64,000 bases of DNA, taken from NCBI RefSeq assembly GCF_009914755.1, contig NC_060926.1, one strand, 5' to 3'. Shown one piece after another: positions 1 through 19,614 of this stretch; the first letter of the stretch is position 1; each line of letters starts with the position of its first letter. Source of the stretch: the human T2T-CHM13v2.0 reference genome, Homo sapiens. The notes beneath the pieces were generated by a model. It was not told where the DNA came from and did not search any database. It saw nothing but the letters and a program-made list of their open reading frames with translations. The position numbers were made by a program, and so were the translations under genes.

Positions 1-27
1 TTACAAAGAAGAGAAAAGAAAAAGAAA

Positions 28-210
28 AGAACTCTGGCATATAAAACCTGAATATAATTTTGATTTTATCACTTCCTAGCTATGTAATACTGAGAAAATT
101 ATTTAAGCTCTTTGACCGTCAGTTTTCTCATGTCTAAAATGTAGGTGGTAATAGTTATGTCATCAGTGTATGGTTCAGATTAACATGGGATAATGCAGTT
201 AACATACTAG
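28..210 (+). mobile_element. MIR SINE, degenerate
   Basis: cacttcctagctatgtaatact...cagttttctcatgtctaaaatg resembles the MIR core. Confidence 0.65.
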
Positions 211-590
211 TCATTTAACAATAGCATTTTTTCACCTTTTCCTAAATTAAATATCCAGATTCTGATATCTATTTTTAATATGTTCTGGTCTAGGTTATAG
301 AGCTTCAGTTCCATATTAACTTCTTTTTAACCTTTATTCTTTTCCTGTGACAATAAGTTCACTGTGTTCACAAGATAAACAATGGTTGGGGACCTGTCAA
401 CCTTTTTAAGTTCCCTTCAGATCATTTCCACATGGTAGAAGAGAAAATAAATGTGGAAAAGCTCAGTCGGCTTTTTATCTTCCACAGCTGTCTCTTTTCA
501 GGACAAAAGTTCTGGCTTTTTTTTTTTTTTTTGGTTGATTCATTATTTATAATTTTCCAGTAAGATCATGAGATCAGGATCATGAGGTAT

Positions 591-840
<250 letters not shown>

Positions 841-1282
841 GGAAAAGTAAAAAGAAGCAGCACAGCCCCCATACTCTTTATATATGTAAAACAAAAATAC
901 TTTAAAATGTAAATAAATTAAAATTTTCATTATTTCACTCACAGAGATGACAGTTTGTCCAGTTTGTATAGGTTTCTTCTGAAAATTGATTTTCTATGTA
1001 TATATTGACAGAAATGCACATACCCATAATTATAGTAATGCACATATATACATTTAAATATGTACAAAGAAAATTATTTGTATGTGTGGGTGCACATGGA
1101 ATATATGTGTGTGTGTGTGTGATGTATCTTCTCACTGGGAAGGTGTTACATATGTTTTAATATTTGGTATAGATATTATGGCATTGGTAATTTTTAATTA
1201 AAACTTTGTGGATCTAGGAGTACCAAATCAATACACTGATGCCAAGTTTATGCAAATTGTTTGATAAAGTTGATGAGAAAAT

Positions 1283-1520
1283 GGTTAACACTTAATGGAA
1301 ACTTAGTACGTTCTAGGTAAGGAGATCTCTATATGCAATAACTCACGCAGTTCACACAATATCCCTAGGAAATATGAATCCTTATTGTCTGCACTATATA
1401 GATCAGGCATTAGAGGCCTTGGTAGGAGCAATTTGCACAAGGTCATGTATCTGGTAAAGAGTGAAGCTAGGATCTAATGACTGACATTCTTACCTTAGAG
1501 CATGTGCTCCTACCACTCTC
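1283..1520 (-). mobile_element. MIR SINE
   Basis: atttgcacaaggtcatgtatctggtaaagagtgaagctaggat is antisense MIR-like. Confidence 0.65.
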
Positions 1521-1959
1521 TGATGCAGAATAATTCAAAAGTATTTTCAGAAAGAATCAGTAAATAAATTTATAGTAGCACTTTTATTATTTATTAATAA
1601 AATTTGCTGTTAAACATTTTAATTAAAAGATATATGCCTGAAATTATGTTCATTTTTTTTAGCTTGTGATAGCCAATCATTTGGACTTTTGCCTTGAGTG
1701 AGCTAGATTGATGATTTTTATAAAACTAATTAGCAGAATTGGCTACATTTTGCTAACTGCATATGGTATTCATGTTGATTTGATAGGCTGCTTAACTTTA
1801 ATTGTATTACATGCCAGACAAATATATACACTACCAAACATAAATATACACATGTAAAATTTGGAATATTTACATAGTCTTGCAATATTTCATAATAATT
1901 ATTAATTTATTCATACTCAAATAACCTAATATTTGGCTCCTATGTTTCTATTATTCCAA

Positions 1960-2385
1960 ACATAGTTTTCTGCTTTCTGAAGCAACAAGATCTCTCAATG
2001 TCATCTTGCACATTTCTGCTCCAGCCTCTAGAACAATCTTTTATCCAAGGCCCGTAAATCTTCTTAGTGTAGACTGGTATTCAGAAACAACCAGTTTAAG
2101 ATATGTTCATTGTCACTAGTGTGTAAATAATTTTAGGTCCTTGTAGCAAACAGAGCTGAAACACACACACACACACACACATAGACATGGAAATGCATAG
2201 ATATTTATAAATATATATATATGTCTAAATATGTATACATTCATATATCAACTCTAATCCTATATTTATGCATATGACTCTTATCTGTGTATCTATCTGT
2301 AATATGTTAAAAAACGTATGTTAAACCCCAAAACTTAGGGTATATTCTACTATTCTACTTTCCGTATTTGCAACTTCCTTATCCA
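1960..2385 (-). mobile_element. Old L1 3' region (L1MC/L1MD-like) containing CA/TA microsatellite
   Basis: tcatcttgcacatttctgctccagcctctagaac...actggtattcagaaac resembles antisense L1MC4-type 3' UTR. Confidence 0.5.
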
Positions 2386-3929
2386 GCAGCTGAAAAGTAC
2401 AGTAACTGTAATAAAAAAATCATTAGTGGGGTTCAGTAGCACATTTGAACAGGAAGAAAAAAGAATCAGTAAACTTGAAGACAGGAAAATTAAAATTTTA
2501 AGTTTGAGAAAATGAAAAAAAAAGTATGAAGAAAAGCGAACAGAGTATGAGGGACTTGTGGCACACCATGAAGTGGATTGATATACATATTGAGGCTATC
2601 AAAAGGAGAAAAAGAAAAAAATATGGAGCAGAGAGAATATTTGGAAAAGTAATGGCAAAACAACCCAGATTTGATGAAAGAAATATATCTACAAATTAAG
2701 AAGAGCAACAAACTTTGGTAAGAATAAACCCAAGGAAATCTACGGTGAAACATATTATAATCAAATTGTTGAAAGATAAATACAAAGAAAATTTTGAAAG
2801 CAGAAAGAGAAAAGAAACTAGTTATATACAAGGAATCCTTATAAGATAATCAGCCAATTTCTTATCAGAAACCCTAGAGACCAGAAGGCAGTTGGATGAT
2901 ATTTTTAAAGTGCCACAAAATTAAAAACCAACTGAGTACTATGTATCCAGCAAAATTAACCTTCAAAAGTGAAGAAGAAATATATTCTGAAATAAATAAA
3001 TCTGAGGGAGTTCATAACCCTCCCCCTGCCCTACAAGAAATGCTGAAAGATGTCCTTCAGGTTGACAGAATAGGACACTAGACGGTATCTCAAACCTGTA
3101 TGAAGATATAAAGATCTTCACTAAGGGGAAATAAATTGGCAAATATAAAAGCCAGTACTACTGTAATTTTGGTTTGTAATTTCACATTTTACAGAATTTA
3201 AGAAGCAAATGCAAAACATGAGTATTGATCTATGTTACTAGGCACACAACATATAACAATGTAATTCGTGATACATAGAAGTTGAGATTTTGTATGTGTT
3301 TTACGTTAATTTCATATGAATTCATACAAGATTGTTAAGTCTTAAGGATATTTTATATATATATATAATATCCTTATATACATACAATATAATCCATGCT
3401 AACCACACAAACACATACAAACTATAAAATATTTTAAAAAGGAAATGAGAAATAAATAAGAAATTTTACCACCAAAAATAAACTACAAAATTGGTAGAGA
3501 AATGAGTAACTAAAAAGTTATAGCATGTACTGAAAACACATACCATATACAGAACTGTATACAGAACACTCCACTCAACAATATCAGAACGCACAGTTTT
3601 CTCAAGCATCAGTAGAACATTTTCCAGTATAAACAATATATTAACATAACATATTGTATGTATTTTATCTGTGTTTTATGTTAATTTCATATGAGTTCAT
3701 ACATGATTGTTAAGTCCACAAAACAATTAGAGCCACAAAACAACTCTAAAAAGATTGAAATAACATCAAATATCTTTTCTGGTTACAATGAAATGAAACT
3801 AGGAATCAATAAATACAACTGGAAAATTCTCAAATAGATGAAAATTAACACACTTTTAAACAACTAATGGGTCAAAGAGAAAATTAAAAAAGAAATTAGA
3901 AATTATCTTAGGAAAAGTGAAAATGAATA

Positions 3930-4158
3930 GACCAGCCTGGGCATCATGTCAAAACCTCGTCTCTACAAAAAATACAAAAATTATCTGGGCATGGTGGCAT
4001 TTGCCTGTAGTTCCAGCTACTCAGGAGACTGAGGCAGGAGGATCACTTGAACCCAGGAGGTCAAGGCTGCAGTGAGCTGTATCTTACCCCATTGGGCAAC
4101 ACAGCAAGCCCATGTCTAAAAAAAAAAAAGAAAAGAAAAGAAAAAGGAAAGAAAGAAA
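3930..4158 (+). mobile_element. 5'-truncated AluJ-like element
   Basis: ggaggatcacttgaacccaggaggtcaaggctgcagtgagc; TSD gaaaatgaata at 3919-3929 and 4159-4169. Confidence 0.9.
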
Positions 4159-5059
4159 GAAAATGAATAAACAATGTACCTAAATTTATTGAAGGCAGCA
4201 AAAGCAGTAATAGCAGAGAAATTTATGGCTTTGAATATATAAATTAAAGAACAGGTAATACCTTAAATTGATAACCTAACTTTATAACTTAAGGAAGTAG
4301 AGAATACAGAGAAAACTCAATCTAAAGCTAACAAATAGAAGGGAATAATAAAAAGTAAGCACAGAAAAATAAAGAATAAAAAAAAATTTTAAAATCCAAA
4401 AACCAAATGTTGGTTATTTCAGAAGATCCCCAAAACTGTCCAATCCTTAGCTAAAATAAATGCTTTAAAAGAAGCGAGACTCAATGTATTAAAATCAGAA
4501 AAAAGTAAGGACATTACTAAAGTTTTACAGAATAAATAAAGATTATGAGATAATACTATGAGCAATTGTATGCCAGCAGAAAGGATATCTTAGATAAAGT
4601 GGACAAATTCCAGATTTCTGTAAAAACATAATCTACTAAAACTGATTTAAAAAGATACAGAAAATCTGAATATACTTATATTAGAAAGGAGATAGAATCA
4701 CAAACTTCCGAGCAAAAGTTCAGAACTAGGTGACGTGACCAGTGAATTCCACAAAATATTTAAAGCAGAAAAAACAATCCTCTTAAAACTGTTCCAAAAA
4801 ATAGAAAAGGAGGGAGCACTTTGTAGTACATTTTATGAGGTGAGCATTACCACGACACCAAATCCAGACAAGACAAATAAAATTATAGGCCAATATCCTA
4901 TGTGAATATTGATACCACAGTCCCCAACAAAATACTAGCAAACAGATCTAAGTAGTGTACTAAAAAATTATAAATTACAGTCAACTGAAATTTATTCCTG
5001 GAATTAACAGTTGATTCAACATACACAAATTAATATAATATACTACATTAATAAACTGA

Positions 5060-5200
5060 AGCTAATTTTTTTTATATTGTTGTAAACATGAGGTCTCACT
5101 ATGTTGCTTAGGCTGGTCTTGAACTCCTAGTCTCAAGCAATCCTCCCACTTCAGCCTGCCAAAGTGTTGGGATTACAGGCATGAGCCACAGTGCCAGGCC
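5060..5200 (-). mobile_element. Alu left monomer (FLAM/AluJ fragment)
   Basis: ggctggtcttgaactcctagtctcaagcaatcctccc...gggattacaggcatgagcc. Confidence 0.9.
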
Positions 5201-5819
5201 TAAATGCCATGTATTTAAGAACCACAGATCACTTCATACTCAATGGTGAAAGACTGAAATAGTTTCCCGTGAAATCAGCAACCAGACATGGATAGTCATT
5301 TTGTCATTTCCATTCAATGTAGTATTGGAAATGTAGCCAGAACAATTAGCCAAGTAAAAGGAACAAAAGACATCCAAACTGAAAAGAAATAAGCAAAATT
5401 AACTGCTTTCACAGATGGCAGTATTTATATGTAGAAAACATTGTAGATTCCAAAATAAAACGATTAGAGCAAATGAACAAATTCACCAAGGTTTCAGGGT
5501 ATAAAATTTACAAACATTTTACACACAAAAAAGAAACCTAAAAAGGAAATTTAAAAAATTATTTACGGTATCATCAAAAAGAATAAAATACTTAGGCACA
5601 TATTTAATAAAGGAAGTGAAAGACTTGTGCACTGAAAACTCCAAAACATTGCTAAAAAATTAAAGACAACTAAGTAGAAAAACATCCCATGTTCCTGTAT
5701 TGAAAGACTATATTCTTACCATGACAATACTTATATAAATTTAAGCACAAATAAATATAAGTTAATATAACTATATATTTTATGTGTTATATAAATATAT
5801 AACGTTTATCATTGATGTG

Positions 5820-6330
5820 TTTTAGATATTCTGAATTGTGTTTTCTTACTCTGAAATGTGTCGTTTTTGTTTTAGTAGGTAGTTAAATTGGCTGGACTGA
5901 AACTCCAAATTTCGTCTTCCTCGCAGTGGAAATCAGTTCATTTTTCACAGTCTTACTGCTGCTACCTTCTGCTGAACTCTTGGTTGAATCCCACACTTTT
6001 TCTCAAAGATTCAACCAAGAAGCTTGGCAGTGTTTGCACATAGATCTTGAGGCTCCATTTATTAGTCGCGTTGAGGTCCATGAACTCTTATCTCTGATTT
6101 TTTCCTGTTGCTGCAAAGATCTTGGATTGTCATCAGGTGAAAAGTCATACAAACACAAACATTTCCATATGCCTTCCTTTCTTTCAAGGAATGACTACTC
6201 TCAAGTTTCTCCCTAATTTTGTTCACTTTCTAGTGTCTTCAAATGTTTGTTTTCACATTTTTAATGTTGTTGTCCAGGGTTTATAATTATTGTCAGCTAG
6301 AGGGAAAGTCTAATAAGAACTACCATTACT
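5820..6330 (-). mobile_element. Possible ancient L1M 5' region
   Basis: gttttagtaggtagttaaattggctggactgaaactccaaa resembles antisense L1M 5' sequence. Confidence 0.35.
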
Positions 6331-7998
6331 GGTTCTCTACCTTTAATAACTCAAAAACAGTACCACTGTCTATATGCCTTCATTTATTTATCTTACTATG
6401 TTTATTGACAACAGATAGACATTCTCAAACAATGCTCATTAATGATATTTCAATAATCTACAATAATGATAATTTGTCTTTGATAAAATTTAATTGCTGA
6501 CTTCAAGCCATTCACTGATGTCTTCAGTCAGCACAGAACCGTTGTGTGTCATTTTTTGCTTCTCTCTTTGTGGAGCCTTTCAGACACCCCTGTTACGAAG
6601 AAAATACTTTTCAACTTTTAGTAACTTTGTCTACACTTAGGTAAGCACTTCTTACTAAGACAAGCAGGCACAGTAAATCCGGCTCTCTTTCCTTCATTTG
6701 GTAATCATTCAATCACATATAAGCTTGTATACCAAATTTAATCCATTATTCCCGGATGCTGTAAACATGTCTGTCACTCTTGCCAATGAGTGTCATCCAG
6801 ACAGCAGATTAGTATATAATGGCTTTGTACAATTATTGTTGTATTGGAGTACTGAAACCCATTATAATGTACTTTTCATATTTTTGTAATGTGGTAACGT
6901 TTTTAGTTTAGTGTAAGCCCAAGTATTTTGCAGTATTTTGCAGCAAATCTATTGTTTGTTGAAAAAAAAATAAAAAATACAAGCATATCTCATATTTATT
7001 GAGCTTCATTTTATTGTGTTTCTCAGGTATTGCCTTTTACAAATGAAGGTTAGTGGAAACCCTGCCACAAGTATGTCTATTGGTGTCATTTTTCCAGCAC
7101 TATGCATTCAGTTTTGCAGGTCACTTTTTGTTAATTCTTGCCGTATTTCAAACTTTTTCGTTATTATTGTATGTGTTATAGCGATTTGTGATCACTGATT
7201 TTTGATGATATTATTGTAATAGTTTTGGAGTGCCACAAACTGCGCTCCCATATAAGATGGTGAACTTAATTGAGAAGTGCTGTGTGTGTTGCCACTGCTC
7301 CACCCAACCAGGTATTGCCCCAAGTCTCTACCTCTCTTCAGGCTTCTCTATTCCCTAAGCCACAACAATATTAAAATTATGCCAATTAATAACCATACAA
7401 TAGCCTTTAAGTATTTATTTCAAAAGAAGAAGAGTTGCATGTCTCTCACTTTAAATCAAAAGCTAGAAATTATTAAGCTTAATGAGGTAGGCATGCTGAA
7501 AATTGAGACCAGCTGAAAGCTAGGCCTCTTTTGCCAAACACATGGCTAAGCCATGAATGCTAAGAAAAAGTTCTTGAAGGAAATTAAAAATGCTGTTCCA
7601 GTGAACACATGCATGATAAGAGAAGCAGCGTTGCTGATATGAAGAAAGTTTTAGTGGTCTGAATAGAAGACTAAATTAGCCACAATATTTTCCTAAGCCA
7701 AAGCCAAATCCAGAGCAATGCCCTAACTTTCTTTAATTCCATGAATGCTAAGAGAGATGAGGAAGCTGCAGAAGAAAAGTTGGAAGCTAGCAGAGGTTGA
7801 TTCATGAGGTTTAAGGAAAGAAGTCATCTTCATAACATAAAAATGCAAGATGAAGCAGCAAATTCCAATGTAGAAGCTACAGAAAGTTGTCCAAAAGCTC
7901 TAAGATAATTGATAAAGGTTGCTATGCTCAACAACAGATTTTTCAATGTAGATTTTAAAAAATCCTTTTATTGAAAGATGATGCTATCCAGGACATTC

Positions 7999-14848
<6,850 letters not shown>

Positions 14849-15641
14849 ATCCAGTACTTTCTTAACTAGAGAGAAGTCAATGCCTGTCTTTAAAGCTTTA
14901 AAGGACAGGCTGACTCTCTTGTTACAGGCTAATGCAGCTGGTTACTTTAAGTTGAAGGCACTGCTCATTTACCATTCTGAAAATCCTAGGACCCCTAAGA
15001 ACTATGCTAAATCTACTCTGACTGTGGCCTAGAAATGGAACAACACAGCCTGGATGACAGCACATCTGTTTAAAGCATGGTTTATTGATTGATAATGCAC
15101 ATGGTCACCAAGATCTCTGATTGAGACATTCAAGGAGACTAATATTGTTTTCCTGCCTCCTAACACTGTATTCATTATGCAGCCTATGGATTAAGAAGTA
15201 ATCTTGACTTTTGAGTCTTATCATTTAAGAAGTAAGTTAAATAAGGATATAGGTACCATAGATAGTAATTCCTATGATGGATCTGGGAAAAGTAAATTAT
15301 AAGCCTTCTGGAACTGATTCTCCATTCTAGATATTATTAAGAGCATTAGTGATCCATGGGTAGGATAAATTATCAACATTAACAGGAACTTGGAAGAAGT
15401 TGATTCCAACTCTTAAAAATAATTTTAAGGGATTCAATACTTCAGCAGAGGAAGTAACTGTAGATGTGGTAGAAATAATAAGAGAACCAGAATTAGAAGT
15501 GAATCCTAGAAATGTGAGTCAATTACTATAATTTCATAATAAAACCTTATTGGATGAGGAGTTGCTTCTTATGGATGAGCAAATAAAGTAGATTCTTAAG
15601 ATTGAATCTACACCTGTTGAAAATGCTGTGAACATTGTTGA

Positions 15642-16406
<765 letters not shown>

Positions 16407-16595
16407 AATTTGGAATGTTACATAAACATAGTTGAAAAAGCAGTGACAGGGATTAAGAGGATTGATTCCAATTTTTAAAGAAGTTTTACTGTTGGCAAAA
16501 TGCTATCAAACAGTATCACATGCTACAGAGTAATATTTCATAAAAGGAAGAGTCAATGTGGCAAACTTCATTGTTTCATTTTAGTAAATTTCCAC

Positions 16596-16670
16596 ATACA
16601 ATGATGATAATACAGTTCAGCAGACAAAAACTGATTCGCAATATTAAGTGTTTCACTCATTTCTGATGTA
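16596..16670 (+). pseudogene. SNORD80: Retroposed copy of C/D box snoRNA SNORD80 (U80, GAS5-hosted parent)
   Basis: Box C atgatga 16601-16607, D' caga 16621-16624, box D ctga 16663-16666, terminal taca/tgta stem; ungapped match of about 64/75 to U80 as recalled; A-rich tail aaaacaaaa; degenerate TSD aaatttccaca/aaatgttaca. Confidence 0.85.
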
Positions 16671-16740
16671 AAACAAAATGTTACAGCCACTCAAACTTCA
16701 GAAACCATCGTCCTGATCATTCAGAAACCATCAACATCGG

Positions 16741-18778
16741 GGAAAGAGTAATCAGGAAAAATACAATAAATAAAAGACACCCGTATAGGAAAAGAGGAAT
16801 CCGAATTATCTCTGATTGCAGATGATGTGATTTTATACCTAGAAACCCCATAGTCTTTGCCTAAAAGCCTATTGACCTGTTAAAGAACTTCAGCAAATTT
16901 TCGAGATATAAACTCAATGTACAAATATACACCAACAACATCCAAGCTGAGCTCCAAATCAAGAATGCAATCCCATTCACAATAGCCACACAAAGGATTA
17001 AAAAAACCTAGGAATACAGCTAACCAGGGAGGCAAAAGACCTCTACAATGAGAAATACAAAACACTTCTGGAATAAATTAGAGATGACATAAACAAATAG
17101 AAAAACACTCTATGCTCATGGATAGGATGAATCAATATTGTTAAATGAACATAATGTCCCCCAAAATTTACAGATTCAATGCTATTCCTATCAAACTACC
17201 AATGACATTCTTCACAGAACTAGAAAAAGCTATTTTAAAATTTATATGGAACCAAAAAAGAGCCCAAGTAGCCAAAACAGTACTAAGCAGAAAGAACAAA
17301 GCTGGAAACATTACATTTTCTGACTTCAAACTATGCTATAAGGCTACAAAAACAAAAACAGCATGGTTCTGGTAGAAAAACACACATAGACCAGTGGAAT
17401 AGAATAGAGAGCCCAGAAGTAATGTCACACACCCACAACCATCTGATATTTGACAAAATTAACAAAAGTAAGCAATGAAGAAATGACTCCCCATCAGTAA
17501 ATGGTGCTGGGATAACTGACTATCCACATGCAGAAAACTGAAATTGCACCCCTTGCTTACATCATATGAAAATCAATTTTTGTTGATATACAAAAATAAA
17601 CTCAACACGGATTAAAGACAAATATAAAACTCAAAACTATAAAAAACCTGGAAGATAACATAGAAAACACCCTTCTGGACATAAGACCAGGAAAATATTT
17701 CATGACAAAGACACCAAAAGCAATTGCAACAGAAATAAAAATTGACAAATGGGACTTAATTAAACAAAGAGCTTCTATGCAGCAAAAGAAACTATCAACT
17801 ATCAACAGAGTAAACAGACAACCCACAGAATTGGAGAAAATATTTGCAAAGTACGAATCTGACAAAGGTATAATATGCAGAATCTATGGGGAACTTAAAC
17901 ACATTAACAAGCAAAAACCAAACAACTCTATTAAAAAGTTGGCAAAGGACATGAACATACACTTTTCAAAAGAAGGCATAAACATGGGCCAACAAGCATG
18001 TAAAAAAATACTCAATGTCACTAATCATTAGAGAAGTGCAATTTGAAAACCACAATGAGATACCATCTTACACAAGTCAAAATGGCAATTATTAAAAAGT
18101 CTAAAAATAACAGATGCTGGAAAGTTTGTGGTGGAAAAGGAACACTTACATACACTGGGAATTTAAATTAATTTGGCCATCATGGAAAGAAGTTTGGCAA
18201 TTTCTCAAAGAGCTTAAAACAATACCACCATTCAGCCCAGCAATCCTGTTATTGGGTATGTGCCCAAAGGAATATAAATTGTTCTACCATAAAGACACAT
18301 GGGTGCATATGTTCTTTGCAGCACTATTCACAATAGCGAAGAAGTGAAATCAACTGAAATGCCCAACTATGGTAGAATAGATACAAAAAAAATATGTAGT
18401 GCATATACACCATGGAATACTATGCAGCCATAAAAAAGAATGAGATCATGTATTTTTAGGGAACATAGACAGAGGTGGATGACATTATCCTTAGCAAACT
18501 GACACAGGAACAATAAACCAAATATGGTATGTTCTTACTCATAAGTGGGAACTAAACATTGAGTACATATAGACCCAAAGAAGGGAACAACAGACACTAG
18601 GGCCTACTTGAGAGTGGAGATTGGGAGAAGGGTGAGTATCAAAAACTACCTATCAGGTATTATGCTTATGACCTTGGTGAGGAAACTGTCTCTACACCAA
18701 ACCCCCATGACATGGAATTTACCTGTATAACAAAGCTGTACATGTAAACTTGACTCTAAAATAAAAGCTAAAAAAAAA
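16741..18778 (+). mobile_element. 5'-truncated L1PA16-like LINE-1
   Basis: ORF2 C-terminal remnants ([30 protein letters not shown]); 3'UTR aaaaactacctatcaggtattatgcttat; aataaa and A-tail; Tigger resumes gaggcaagaccc. Confidence 0.9.
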
Positions 18779-19365
18779 CTGAGGCAAGACCCTCCACCAG
18801 CAAAAAGATTATGACTCGCTGAAGGCTCAGATGATTATTAGCATTTTTATAATAATTTTATTTCTAATTAAGGTATGCACTATTTTAGACATAATGCTAC
18901 TGCACACTTAATAGACTACAGTATAGTATAAAGTTAACATTTATATGTATTGGGAAACCAAAATTTGTGTGACTCTTTTTATTGTGATATTTGCTTCATA
19001 GTGGAGGTCTGAAACAAAACCTGCAACATTTCTGTGGTAAGCCTGTAAGTAAAGTGAAATATCATTTTTTATATGATAATTGCTGAAAGAACTTATAGGC
19101 TAAAATATTTCTGGTTTTCCAGATTAGGAATGTAAATGTACATATGTGTGTATTTAGACATATACATACACAATGTTAGAAATATACTGGTAAGAATGTG
19201 AAGTGATAGCCACACATATGCATTACTTTTGAATATCACAGATCTAGAAAGAAATTTGGCAAAATATATCAAATAATTTGAAATCACTACTTTCTTTGAT
19301 TAATTACATTTTGGGGATACTTAAACAATAATTTAATATGTGAGGGTTAGTAATGTGCTTTAAAC

Positions 19366-19600
19366 CAGGGGATGGCCAAATACTATTTATGGGCCAAATC
19401 TAGCCTATAGCATTTTTTAAAAAATAAAGTTTAATAGGAGAACAGCCCATGGAATTTATAGAAAGACTTTATTTATTATTGTTTATAGCAATTTTGTGTC
19501 ACTAAAGCAGAGTTGGATACTTGGGACAGAGACAATATGGCCAACAAAATCCAAAGTATTTGCTCTCTGGCCTTTGACCAAAAAGGTTTGCAGACTTTTT
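19366..19600 (+). mobile_element. MER58A (hAT-Charlie) non-autonomous DNA element
   Basis: caggggatggccaaa...gggccaaatctagcc...ctggcctttgaccaaaaaggtttgcagac. Confidence 0.8.
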
Positions 19601-19614
19601 TTGTGCCAATATTT

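Larger units (their letters stand above)
2386..5732 (+). mobile_element. Old L1M element, degenerate ORF1 and ORF2, interrupted by two Alu pieces
   Basis: ORF1-like YPAKLTFKSEEEI and PALQEMLKDVLQ; ORF2-like ccaatatccctatgtgaatattgat and aacatcccatgttc; many stops. Confidence 0.85.

Noticed and set aside
6922-6943. 10-bp tandem duplication agtattttgc
   Set aside because: Ordinary slippage duplication
17563-17605. Small duplication/inversion in L1PA16
   Set aside because: Too short and AT-rich to separate from ordinary decay
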